Part shown: piece after piece, positions 22,668 through 30,825 of the stretch
Position numbering within the stretch: position 1 is the stretch's first letter
Layout: each line of letters starts with the position of its first letter
DNA from: an uncultured Pedobacter sp.
GTDB taxonomy: Bacteria > Bacteroidota > Bacteroidia > Sphingobacteriales > Sphingobacteriaceae
Direction: 5' to 3'
Assembly: GCA_964583395.1 (NCBI GenBank)
Contig: CAZOVM010000005.1
Coordinates: 7,184 to 71,183, forward strand
Length of the DNA stretch: 64,000 bases
Notes under the pieces: generated by a model
Databases searched by the model: none
What the model was told of the DNA's origin: nothing
The model's input: only the letters and a program-made list of their open reading frames with translations
Position numbers and translations under genes: made by a program

Positions 22668-23439
22668 TTATATATGGATATTTTACTTCAGTTAAATATA
22701 ATCCACATGCAGGAACTGATTGTCCGGCCATCGATCTATTTTTACTATTAATTATTTCGTGCATCATTTCTGTAGAAAAATCACCCTTCCCAATCTGAAC
22801 CAAGGTACCTACAATTGCCCGAACCATATTTCGCAAAAATCGGTCTGCACTGATATGAAAAATTAAAATATCGTCCTGCTGTTCAAAAACTGCTTTGGTG
22901 ATTGTACAATTATTGGTGAAGGTTTGGGTATTAGATTTACTAAAGCATGAAAAATCAGTATAATTCAGCAAATAACCCGCAGCTTTATTCATTAATTCAA
23001 CATTCAACTGATCTTTTACCAACCACGATCTATTTAATAAAAATGGATTTTTAGCAAAATGAATATAATAAGCATACGATCGTTGCGTGGCATCAAACCG
23101 GGCATGGGCAGATGGTTCTACCTTAAAAACACTATGAATAGCTATTTCATAAGGAAGAAGCGCATTTATATTTCCTATCGATTTAAGTACTTTTTCTGCT
23201 TCTAGACCTTGAACATCAAAGTGCGCATAAAATTTCTTAGCATGTACACCCGCATCCGTTCTACCACAACCAACAGTTTCTATGGGTTGGCGAAATACAG
23301 TTGTTAATGCACGATCTATATGTTCTTGTATAGAAATAGCATTGGGCTGTGTTTGCCATCCATGGAAAGTTGTTCCATCGTAAGAAAGCTCTAAAAAGTA
23401 TCTCTGAATTTTCAAGGTATGCAAAAATACTTTTTTCAA
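22660..23439 (-). CDS. truA: tRNA pseudouridine(38-40) synthase
   Basis: YDGTTFHGWQ, GCGRTDAGVHA, FLRNMVR, GLYL; the true start may be the TTG near 23415. Confidence 0.97.
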   Translation of the reverse strand: MKKVFLHTLKIQRYFLELSYDGTTFHGWQTQPNAISIQEHIDRALTTVFRQPIETVGCGRTDAGVHAKKFYAHFDVQGLEAEKVLKSIGNINALLPYEIAIHSVFKVEPSAHARFDATQRSYAYYIHFAKNPFLLNRSWLVKDQLNVELMNKAAGYLLNYTDFSCFSKSNTQTFTNNCTITKAVFEQQDDILIFHISADRFLRNMVRAIVGTLVQIGKGDFSTEMMHEIINSKNRSMAGQSVPACGLYLTEVKYPYINE

Positions 23440-23498
23440 TCTATTAAGTACAGCAGAATACTGTTTTTAATATCTTTGTTATCTAATATTTTTCGATT

Positions 23499-23957
23499 AT
23501 GATTCAAAGAATACAAACTATATGGTTATTTCTGGCCGGATTAACGGTTTTAAGCTTATTATTTTTTCCAATGGTTTCTTCAATAGATGGAAATACTTCT
23601 TATAAAGTAACAGCCAGTGGGCTATTTAGCAATGTAGATGGAGTAAGTCAAAAATTAGAAACTTTTTTGCCGTTAATAGCAGGTACAGTTATAGTAGCCA
23701 TATTTTGTTTTGCTAATATATTTAATTTCAGAAAGCGCTTTTTACAAAAGAGAGGCATATTTATTGCAATCGTGCTGATGTTAGGCTTATCATTTGCTTG
23801 TAGCAGATATGCCAACCAAATTCCAGGCGGATTAGATAACGCCGAATTTGGCCCTGGCGTTTTTATGCCTATGCTGGCGATGATGTTTGCCGGGCTGGCT
23901 ATTCGTGGGATTAATAAAGACGAAAAATTGATTCAATCTGCAGAAAGGTTGAGATAG
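23499..23957 (+). CDS. DUF4293 family membrane protein
   Basis: MIQRIQTIWL N-terminus, four TMs, C-terminal RGINKDEKLIQSAERLR; -7 element TATCTTTG at 23471-23478. Confidence 0.85.
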   Translation: MIQRIQTIWLFLAGLTVLSLLFFPMVSSIDGNTSYKVTASGLFSNVDGVSQKLETFLPLIAGTVIVAIFCFANIFNFRKRFLQKRGIFIAIVLMLGLSFACSRYANQIPGGLDNAEFGPGVFMPMLAMMFAGLAIRGINKDEKLIQSAERLR

Positions 23958-24066
23958 AGCAGAAAGCGAAGAGGGGAAAGGGGAAAGCTTAAAGGAGAAA
24001 GCTGAAAGCGAAGAGCGGAAAGCTAAAAGCTAAAAGCGGGAAAAGGGAAAAGGGAAACGAAAAATT
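23958..24066 (+). repeat. Heptanucleotide-periodic purine-rich tandem array
   Basis: 12 in-phase AG(C/G)nnAA-type units (agcagaa agcgaag aggggaa aggggaa agcttaa aggagaa agctgaa agcgaag agcggaa agctaaa agctaaa agcggga), then aaaggga x2. Confidence 0.9.
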
Positions 24067-24071
24067 ATCGT

Positions 24072-24149
24072 ACACAACATTATACCATAAGATTCTTTCG
24101 CCACAGGATAAACTTCCGCTACACTAGACCTCGAGGATAACAATAATTC
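24072..24149 (+). repeat. REP-like right-arm module, copy 1 (direct repeat of ~24577-24649; partial copy 24509-24549)
   Basis: accataagatt(c)tttc..ccacaggataaacttcc(g/a)ctacactagac shared between copies. Confidence 0.85.
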
Positions 24150-24175
24150 CTAAACGATAACTACTAAGTAAACAC

Positions 24176-24240
24176 CTTGTTATCCGGCCTATCAAGATTT
24201 CTGTTAAAAAGCAAAGTGCAGCGGTTTCAAATTAGTAATG
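24176..24240 (+). repeat. Dispersed module X, copy 2
   Basis: cctatcaagatttctg...gtttcaaattagtaatg, homologous to the reverse complement of 10334-10398. Confidence 0.8.
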
Positions 24241-24329
24241 CAGTCGAGAGTCTGAAGTCGGGAAGACCAATAGTCATTGCACAGATGAAAATCGCCTGTG
24301 TTATTTTACCCATCCAGTGCTGATTTGAA

Positions 24330-24442
24330 ATTGAGTATTATCATAACCGATAAACCGTCATTGCGCGGAGGAACGACAAAGCAATCTAAAAGCAGCAATT
24401 AATAAATGTACTCTTAAGATTGCTTCGTGCCTCGCAATGACG
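24330..24442 (+). repeat. CGTC-type REP-like palindromic doublet plus flank, copy 2
   Basis: ccgtcattgcg..gcaatct..agattgcttcg..cgcaatgacg; 100/113 identical to copy 1. Confidence 0.9.
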
Positions 24443-24576
24443 AGAACTCTTAAGCGCCATTCCGTGGCGCTGAGCAGAGGCAAGCCTTGCGCAGCAAAAG
24501 CGTTGAACGAAGATCCTTCGGTAGCTACGCTAGACCTAAAGGATGACAGGGTAAAGGCAAAAGGTGGAATATTAAC

Positions 24577-24649
24577 GCATACAATGTTACACCATAAGAT
24601 TTTCCCCCACAGGATAAACTTCCACTACACTAGACTTCCAGAATGACTG
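24577..24649 (+). repeat. REP-like right-arm module, copy 2
   Basis: accataagattttcccccacaggataaacttccactacactagacttccagaatgac. Confidence 0.85.
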
Positions 24650-24831
24650 TCTTTAAAACGTGCTAACGATCAATTTTTAAGCGAATCATTATTAAAACAC
24701 GCATCAAAAATTAACAGTCCGCTCGCTAAAACGCTATCTTTTGCCTAAAAAAATCATAAACCACTCATTTATAACAATCTATAACAGAAATTATTTTACC
24801 TGACTATCAACGAAATACAAAATATAATCCG

Positions 24832-24839
24832 TACCTTTG
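24832..24839 (+). promoter_or_regulatory. -7 promoter element for the DEAD-box helicase gene
   Basis: TACCTTTG, 22 bp before the ATG. Confidence 0.65.
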
Positions 24840-24861
24840 CGCCTCAATTTAAAATTATTAC

Positions 24862-26763
24862 ATGAACCCATTTAAGTTATTGGGGATAAGTGATGACGTT
24901 GTTAATGCCGTAAAGGAACTAGGGTTTGAATCACCCACTCCTATCCAGGAACAGTCTATTCCTGTCTTATTAGAAGGCTTTAACGATTTCGTTGGTTTGG
25001 CCCAAACAGGAACAGGGAAAACAGCCGCATTTGGCTTACCACTGTTAGAATTATTAGATTTCAGAAGCAATAAGCCACAGGCATTGATTTTATGCCCAAC
25101 GCGCGAGCTTTGTATGCAAATCGCAAGCGACATCCGAAATTTCTCTAAAAACATTCCCGGCGCAAGCGTCGTAGCAGTGTACGGAGGAGCAAACATCATG
25201 CAGCAATTGCGTGAAATCAGATCTGGTGTTCAGATCGTAGTTGCTACTCCCGGAAGAATGCTGGACATTATTGGTCGCAAAGCGATCGATTTCTCAAATG
25301 TTAAATATGTTGTTCTAGATGAAGCCGACGAAATGCTCAATATGGGCTTTCAAGAAGACATCAATGACATTTTGTCGACCACACCAGACGACAAAAAAAC
25401 CTGGTTGTTCTCTGCAACAATGCCTCCGGAGGTACGTCGCATAGCTAAAAATTACATGGATTCTCCTATTGAATTAACAATGGGAACCAAGAATACAGGT
25501 AATGTAAACATTGAACACGAATACTACACTGTTAAAGCGCGCGATAAATATGCTGCTTTAAAACGTATCGTAGATTTTAATCCAGAAATTTTTGCAGTTG
25601 TTTTCTGTAAAACTAAAATGGACACTCAAGATGTTGCCGATCACTTGATCAGAGATGGTTACAACGCAGATGCTTTGCATGGCGATTTATCACAACAACA
25701 ACGTGATAAGGTTATGAAAAGATTTAGAGAGCGCAGTATGCAATTATTAATTGCTACAGATGTTGCTGCTAGAGGTATCGACGTAAATAATGTTACGCAC
25801 GTAATTAACTACTCTTTGCCAGACGAAATAGAAAGTTATACCCATAGAAGTGGTCGTACAGGTCGTGCGGGTAAAACCGGAATTTCAATCTGTATTGTAA
25901 ACACAAAAGAAATCGGTAAAATTCGTCAGATAGAAAAAATCATTGGTAAAAAATTCACCAAAGCTGAACTACCTACTGGTTTCGATGTTTGCGAAAAACA
26001 ATTGTTCTCTTTAATTCACAAAGTACACAATGTTGAAGTAAATGATAATCAAATCGAACAATATATCCCTAGAATTATGGATGAGTTCAAAGATCTTTCA
26101 AAAGAAGATGTGATTAAGAGATTTGCTTCTCTGGAGTTCAATAGATTCTTAGAATATTATAAAAACGCACCTGATTTAAATGCATCTGCTGATGAGCGTG
26201 GCGAACGTGGTGACAGCTTAAACAGACCAGGTTTTAGAGCAGACTACACCAGAATGTTTATCAATTTAGGCTCTGTTGATGACTTTACAAGAGGAGATTT
26301 ATTATCTTTTGTATGCAACAATGGCAAAATTAGCGGAAAAAACATTGGTAAAATAGACCTTAAAGGTGTTTATTCATTCTTCGACGTTGAAAATGAAGTT
26401 GTAGAAACTTTATTTAACAATTTTAAAGAAATTGAATTTAATGGCCGTAATGTTCGCATCGAAAAAAGCGGAGAAGGCGAAAGCAATAGACGCGAAGGTG
26501 GTCGCAGAGATGGTGGTCGTCGTGATGGTGGCCGCAGAGAAGGCGGTTACGGAAGCGGAAGGAGTGGTGGCGAACGCAGAAGCGGTGGCGGCGGTTATGG
26601 AAGAAGAGAAGGTGGAAACTTTAGCAATAGCAGAAGAGAAGGTGGAGAACGCAGAAGAGAAGGTGGAAATTCGGGCGGTGGTTTTAAAGACTTTTCTGGC
26701 AGATCTAGAGGAGAACGTTCTACCCCAAGAAGAGAAGGTGGAGAAAGAAGAAGAAGAGATTAA
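24862..26763 (+). CDS. deaD: DEAD-box RNA helicase with DbpA RNA-binding domain and RGG tail
   Basis: Q motif, AQTGTGKT, PTREL, TPGR, DEAD, SAT, ARGID, HRSGRTGRAG, FINLG..D (DbpA), R/G-rich C-terminus. Confidence 0.95.
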   Translation: MNPFKLLGISDDVVNAVKELGFESPTPIQEQSIPVLLEGFNDFVGLAQTGTGKTAAFGLPLLELLDFRSNKPQALILCPTRELCMQIASDIRNFSKNIPGASVVAVYGGANIMQQLREIRSGVQIVVATPGRMLDIIGRKAIDFSNVKYVVLDEADEMLNMGFQEDINDILSTTPDDKKTWLFSATMPPEVRRIAKNYMDSPIELTMGTKNTGNVNIEHEYYTVKARDKYAALKRIVDFNPEIFAVVFCKTKMDTQDVADHLIRDGYNADALHGDLSQQQRDKVMKRFRERSMQLLIATDVAARGIDVNNVTHVINYSLPDEIESYTHRSGRTGRAGKTGISICIVNTKEIGKIRQIEKIIGKKFTKAELPTGFDVCEKQLFSLIHKVHNVEVNDNQIEQYIPRIMDEFKDLSKEDVIKRFASLEFNRFLEYYKNAPDLNASADERGERGDSLNRPGFRADYTRMFINLGSVDDFTRGDLLSFVCNNGKISGKNIGKIDLKGVYSFFDVENEVVETLFNNFKEIEFNGRNVRIEKSGEGESNRREGGRRDGGRRDGGRREGGYGSGRSGGERRSGGGGYGRREGGNFSNSRREGGERRREGGNSGGGFKDFSGRSRGERSTPRREGGERRRRD

Positions 26764-26781
26764 TCTCTGATACTATTATAT

Positions 26782-26818
26782 AAAAAGCCCTAAAGTAAGT
26801 TCTTCAGGGCTTTTTTTT
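26782..26818. terminator. Bidirectional intrinsic terminator
   Basis: AAAAAGCCCT..AGGGCTTTTTTTT between convergent genes. Confidence 0.8.
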
Positions 26819-26899
26819 GAAACAAATTTAATCACCAAATTGGCCTATCTTATATTTGCGAAACTTTTAAACAGACTCGCATTTATCTTTACAAAAGAA

Positions 26900-27631
26900 C
26901 TAAGACGTTAGCCTTTCTAAAACAGCAGGAATCTTATCCGACGAAATATTAATGTTGTGTTCTCCAATTTTTAAATATCCTCCATCTGCCCTAACATATT
27001 CTGTAATATGATTCATGTTAACAATGAAAGATTTATGGCACCTATAGAAGTTCTTATCCAATGACAATAAGTCTTGATAATACTTCAGGTTTTTACTTGT
27101 CAAGAGCGTATCTCCCCCATGTAAAAAAACATGCGTATATGCCCCTTCTGCCTTTAAATACAGAATATTTTCTACAGAAACAAACAACACTGAGTTAGAT
27201 GTACTTAAAGCTATTTTCTTAAAAGAAGAAGACATATTTTCCTTAAGAACGCTATAATTCTTATTCTTTATTTGCTTTTCAAATAAAGATACAGCTTGAA
27301 TTAATTCGTCAGCATCAAAGGGCTTAAGCAAATAATCTACGGCCGACATTTTAAATGCCTGAATAGCATATTGATGATAAGCAGTAGTAAATATTATCGA
27401 GAAATCAATATCATGTTCATCAAAAAAGTCAAGCAATTCTAACCCACTGTGCCCCGGCATTTCAATATCTAAAAAAACAATATCTGGCTTGTACTTCCGA
27501 ATAGCCTTTACTCCATTGGGCAGATCGGAACACAGCGCTAAAACTTTTATGGCTGGGCAATATTGCTCTATCATCCCCTCCAAAAGTGTTTTTGCCATTT
27601 CTTCGTCGTCTATAATAATTGCTTTATACAT
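26900..27631 (-). CDS. LytTR-family response regulator
   Basis: IIIDDE, FLDIEMP, FTTAY, YLLKP receiver; C-terminal FYRCHKSFIVN LytTR domain. Confidence 0.95.
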   Translation of the reverse strand: MYKAIIIDDEEMAKTLLEGMIEQYCPAIKVLALCSDLPNGVKAIRKYKPDIVFLDIEMPGHSGLELLDFFDEHDIDFSIIFTTAYHQYAIQAFKMSAVDYLLKPFDADELIQAVSLFEKQIKNKNYSVLKENMSSSFKKIALSTSNSVLFVSVENILYLKAEGAYTHVFLHGGDTLLTSKNLKYYQDLLSLDKNFYRCHKSFIVNMNHITEYVRADGGYLKIGEHNINISSDKIPAVLERLTS

Positions 27632-27637
27632 CTTTAT

Positions 27638-30526
27638 CTATTTAGTAGGAATGGCTAAAAGAACGGTTGTTCCACATGGGCTTCCTGTATCATCAAATTG
27701 ATCTATAATCTTCACAAAAATCTTTTCTTTTCTACCTTTATTCAATATTTCCAGTCGTTTTTCGTTTGCTGCAGTGGAAAAAGGCTTATGTTTATTATTT
27801 TTAATCGTATTCAACTCTATTGAACGTTTACGACCTATACCATTGTCTTCTATAGACACCAAAAGCAGTTCACCTTTTTTTTCAAAGAAAATAGAAACCT
27901 TTTTATCTCCCTTTTTATGTAATAAACCATGCTTAATCGAATTTTCTATATAAGGTTGTAGTAACATCGGAGGAAACTCCAACATATCGGGATCCAAATC
28001 ATTCTTAAGAACAATTTCATAAGTAAAACTATCTGAAAACCTCATTTTTTCTAAATCCAGATAAAGTTTTATTGCATCCATTTCCTCATGAAGAGTTACA
28101 TTTTCTTTTTCTGACATCTCCAAAACTATCCTTGTCAGTTTTGAAAACTTTGAAAGATAATTACTGGCTTTAGCTTTGTCATTCGTAAAAATATAAGCTT
28201 GAATAGTATTCAATGCGTTATAAAAAAAATGGGGATTCATTTGAGATTTTATAGAAGACAAGATTGATTTTCCCAAACTTTTTTCTAGCGCCACTTTTTC
28301 GTTTAACAATGTGATCTGTTTTTGCATTAATCTTGATCTCCATCTAAAATATAAAGACACCAAAGACACCAGAATTAATGAAAAAATAAGATAAAACCAT
28401 CCTCTTTTCCAGAAAGGCAACACAATTTCAAAATTTATTTTTTTATCGCTAACCTCTTCTCCGATCTTAAATTCTATTAAATATTTACCTGAAGCCAGCG
28501 ACGGAAATTGCAATGTTCGTGTTTCATTGTTAATCAAAACCCACGCTCCTTTATTCATACGGTAATATATGGCTATATTTTTCTTAATAAACTCCAAAAC
28601 CGAAAAATCAATTCGGATATTATTACTTTCATAATCTAAACGATGAAAATTTGACCAAGAAATTGGGCTATTATTCACCCACAACTGGTTAACATGAAAC
28701 AACACATTTTTCTTAGTCCGGTTAATACTTAAAGGCAATAATAACACGCCCTCATCTGTTAAAACAGTTAGGCTTCCTTCTTCATACCAAAAATCTCGAA
28801 TAGAATTGTTCTTGATTAAAATATCAACTTTTTCGGGACCTTTATCATTCATTAAATAAATATGGTTATCGCATAACAGCAAAATATCATTCCCAAATTT
28901 TTTCAGTATTTGAACTCTTTCCTTAGGAAGGTTCCATTTTTTGCTCAAACTAACTAATGTTTTATCACCATCAAATTGAAATAGATTTCCTTTTGTATCC
29001 AGAAAAAAAATTCTATTTTCCGAGCATATTATTTTATCAGCATAAATAGGTTCTTTATTATATTTGAGTTCTTCTTCTCCATTTGGAGTTATAGCAAATA
29101 CCCCAATACTGGTAGCAAAAAAAATTTTTTGCTCTTTTTGAAAAAAACCTACAGATTTAGCACGGAACCCGCTTTTAAGACGAGCTACTTCCGGAATGTC
29201 TTTATCTTGGTTCTTATAAAATAAATTATCCCAAATAGAATAAGAAGCTTTATTTGCATTAGGATTAATTAATAAACCAAAAAAACCACTTGCTGCAAAA
29301 GCATAATATTTATCATCTAAACGAATTACCTCTTTTAGAGCTACATTGTGATTTTTTTTATAAGATAGATTGCCCGATATAATAGTAAAACCATTGTTAG
29401 AAAATATAAGATTTCTATCTATACTATCCTGATAGATATAATAAGTCTGTAAATTCTGTGGAATGGCATATCGTATTTTTTTATTTTCAAATTGATGATC
29501 CGTAAATAATAACTCTCCAGCTTGAGTTCCAAATAGATAATTTTCCCTGGTTTTAATAAAAGTGCGAATATAAAACGGATGAATATTATAAATCTTATCT
29601 TTCAATTCTGGCACTATATGAATTCCATTATTAACTGACGCAAACCAATAATTTTTTTGATAATCTTTTATAACCTTTGAGCTACTGCTTAACGGAAACA
29701 TAGCTTTTGTATCCATTTGTTTTCCTTGCTCATTATATCTGTATAAGCCATCAGGACTATGCAACCAAATAACTCCATCAAGAACATCACTACCCTGTAT
29801 ATGAGATAGCTGAGGAATAGGAATACTTTCAAGATACTCTAACTGCTCATTAAAAAAATAAAGTGTTTTACTTTCATTATGCTTTGACACAACATAGAGT
29901 TTTTCCTTATAAGGAAAAATATATTTAACATGAAATTGCTTATTCTCAAAAAAAGCTGTTGAAGTCACATTCAGATTGTGGTCTATCTTATAAATAATAT
30001 CATCTGATATGAGGTAAAAATTTTTATTTAAAACGGTTGAATGTTCTGCCTCTATAATTGATAACGGAATTGTTTTTAATAAAGACAATGACTCCATACT
30101 AAAAACATCGATTCCTTTTTTCTGAACAACAAAGAGGTATTGTTTGGTTATTCCATAAGAAATAAAACCAACTGGCTCATTTTGAGCAAGTTGGTGCAAA
30201 CTGTCTTTTTCTACATAATAGATAAAACCATCAAAATTCTGATACCAGATCCGACCATATTCATCCTCCTGTATATTACTTCCAGCAACAGAAGTTTGTT
30301 TAGCAGATTTATAAGATATGTATTGAAATCCGTCGTATTTAAAAAGCCCTTCATCTGTTGCAAGCCATATAAAACCATTTTCATCTTGATGAAGATTATA
30401 AACAGCATTAGAAGGCAGCCCGTTTAAGCTGTTCAGTGTTATTGAATAGGGCTGTTGTGCTTGTGTAATAACGCTAAACAACAATAAAAAAATGAAGAAA
30501 ACATATTTAAAAAAGATATGAACCAA
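27638..30526 (-). CDS. LytS/YehU-type sensor histidine kinase with periplasmic beta-propeller and Y_Y_Y domain
   Basis: Signal peptide, GLPSNAVY..QDENGFIWLATDEGL propeller, YRM..Y..EF, TM, SQMNPHFFYNALN H-box, QPYIENSIKHG, EDNGIG. Confidence 0.93.
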   Translation of the reverse strand: MVHIFFKYVFFIFLLLFSVITQAQQPYSITLNSLNGLPSNAVYNLHQDENGFIWLATDEGLFKYDGFQYISYKSAKQTSVAGSNIQEDEYGRIWYQNFDGFIYYVEKDSLHQLAQNEPVGFISYGITKQYLFVVQKKGIDVFSMESLSLLKTIPLSIIEAEHSTVLNKNFYLISDDIIYKIDHNLNVTSTAFFENKQFHVKYIFPYKEKLYVVSKHNESKTLYFFNEQLEYLESIPIPQLSHIQGSDVLDGVIWLHSPDGLYRYNEQGKQMDTKAMFPLSSSSKVIKDYQKNYWFASVNNGIHIVPELKDKIYNIHPFYIRTFIKTRENYLFGTQAGELLFTDHQFENKKIRYAIPQNLQTYYIYQDSIDRNLIFSNNGFTIISGNLSYKKNHNVALKEVIRLDDKYYAFAASGFFGLLINPNANKASYSIWDNLFYKNQDKDIPEVARLKSGFRAKSVGFFQKEQKIFFATSIGVFAITPNGEEELKYNKEPIYADKIICSENRIFFLDTKGNLFQFDGDKTLVSLSKKWNLPKERVQILKKFGNDILLLCDNHIYLMNDKGPEKVDILIKNNSIRDFWYEEGSLTVLTDEGVLLLPLSINRTKKNVLFHVNQLWVNNSPISWSNFHRLDYESNNIRIDFSVLEFIKKNIAIYYRMNKGAWVLINNETRTLQFPSLASGKYLIEFKIGEEVSDKKINFEIVLPFWKRGWFYLIFSLILVSLVSLYFRWRSRLMQKQITLLNEKVALEKSLGKSILSSIKSQMNPHFFYNALNTIQAYIFTNDKAKASNYLSKFSKLTRIVLEMSEKENVTLHEEMDAIKLYLDLEKMRFSDSFTYEIVLKNDLDPDMLEFPPMLLQPYIENSIKHGLLHKKGDKKVSIFFEKKGELLLVSIEDNGIGRKRSIELNTIKNNKHKPFSTAANEKRLEILNKGRKEKIFVKIIDQFDDTGSPCGTTVLLAIPTK

Positions 30527-30825
30527 AAGCGCTTACTATTAAATCATTGAATGCCCAAAAGTACATTTTATGATTTTAATTTTTAGAGCTAATATATGAA
30601 CGCTCATTATCATAATACGAAATAGTGTTTTCGGTTTAGGAGAATAAAACTTCCCTCTTTGTACAGATTCACTTCTTATCAACCGAAATAGCAGATTCAT
30701 GTGCTAAAAACACAGTTTGGTAAACTTACTCATTACAATTATTGCAGAGAATTCATCTTTGCAAAATTATTCACTATCAAATTAAAAAAACACTATTCAA
30801 TAAGTTCTTTAAAAAACAATTATTT

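Noticed and set aside
24161-24240. Possibility that module X encodes a conserved peptide (PIKIS..KQ..AVSN)
   Set aside because: Three differences are synonymous, but both copies have in-frame stops upstream and no shared start; transition bias alone can explain this
24437-24646. 69-aa ORF in the track upstream of deaD
   Set aside because: Lies entirely within REP-derived repeats and starts inside a palindrome arm; no protein-like features
23958-24650. CRISPR array or IS element interpretation of the repeat mosaic
   Set aside because: No constant-length repeat-spacer periodicity, no cas genes, no transposase ORF or clear terminal inverted repeats
26432-26770. 112-aa V/A/E-rich ORF overlapping the deaD tail
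   Set aside because: Alternative-frame reading of the RGG repeat DNA
30600-30775. Possible LytTR direct-repeat binding sites (CGAAATAG x2 66 bp apart; CAGATTCA x2 28 bp apart)
   Set aside because: Spacing does not fit the usual ~21-22-bp period, and AT-rich chance matches are likely
30742-30825. Extended N-termini in the ORF track (also 7837, 19777, 14672, 50113, 54007, 57432, 44958)
   Set aside because: Downstream ATGs give proper signal peptides or family N-termini and avoid overlap with promoters or neighbouring genes
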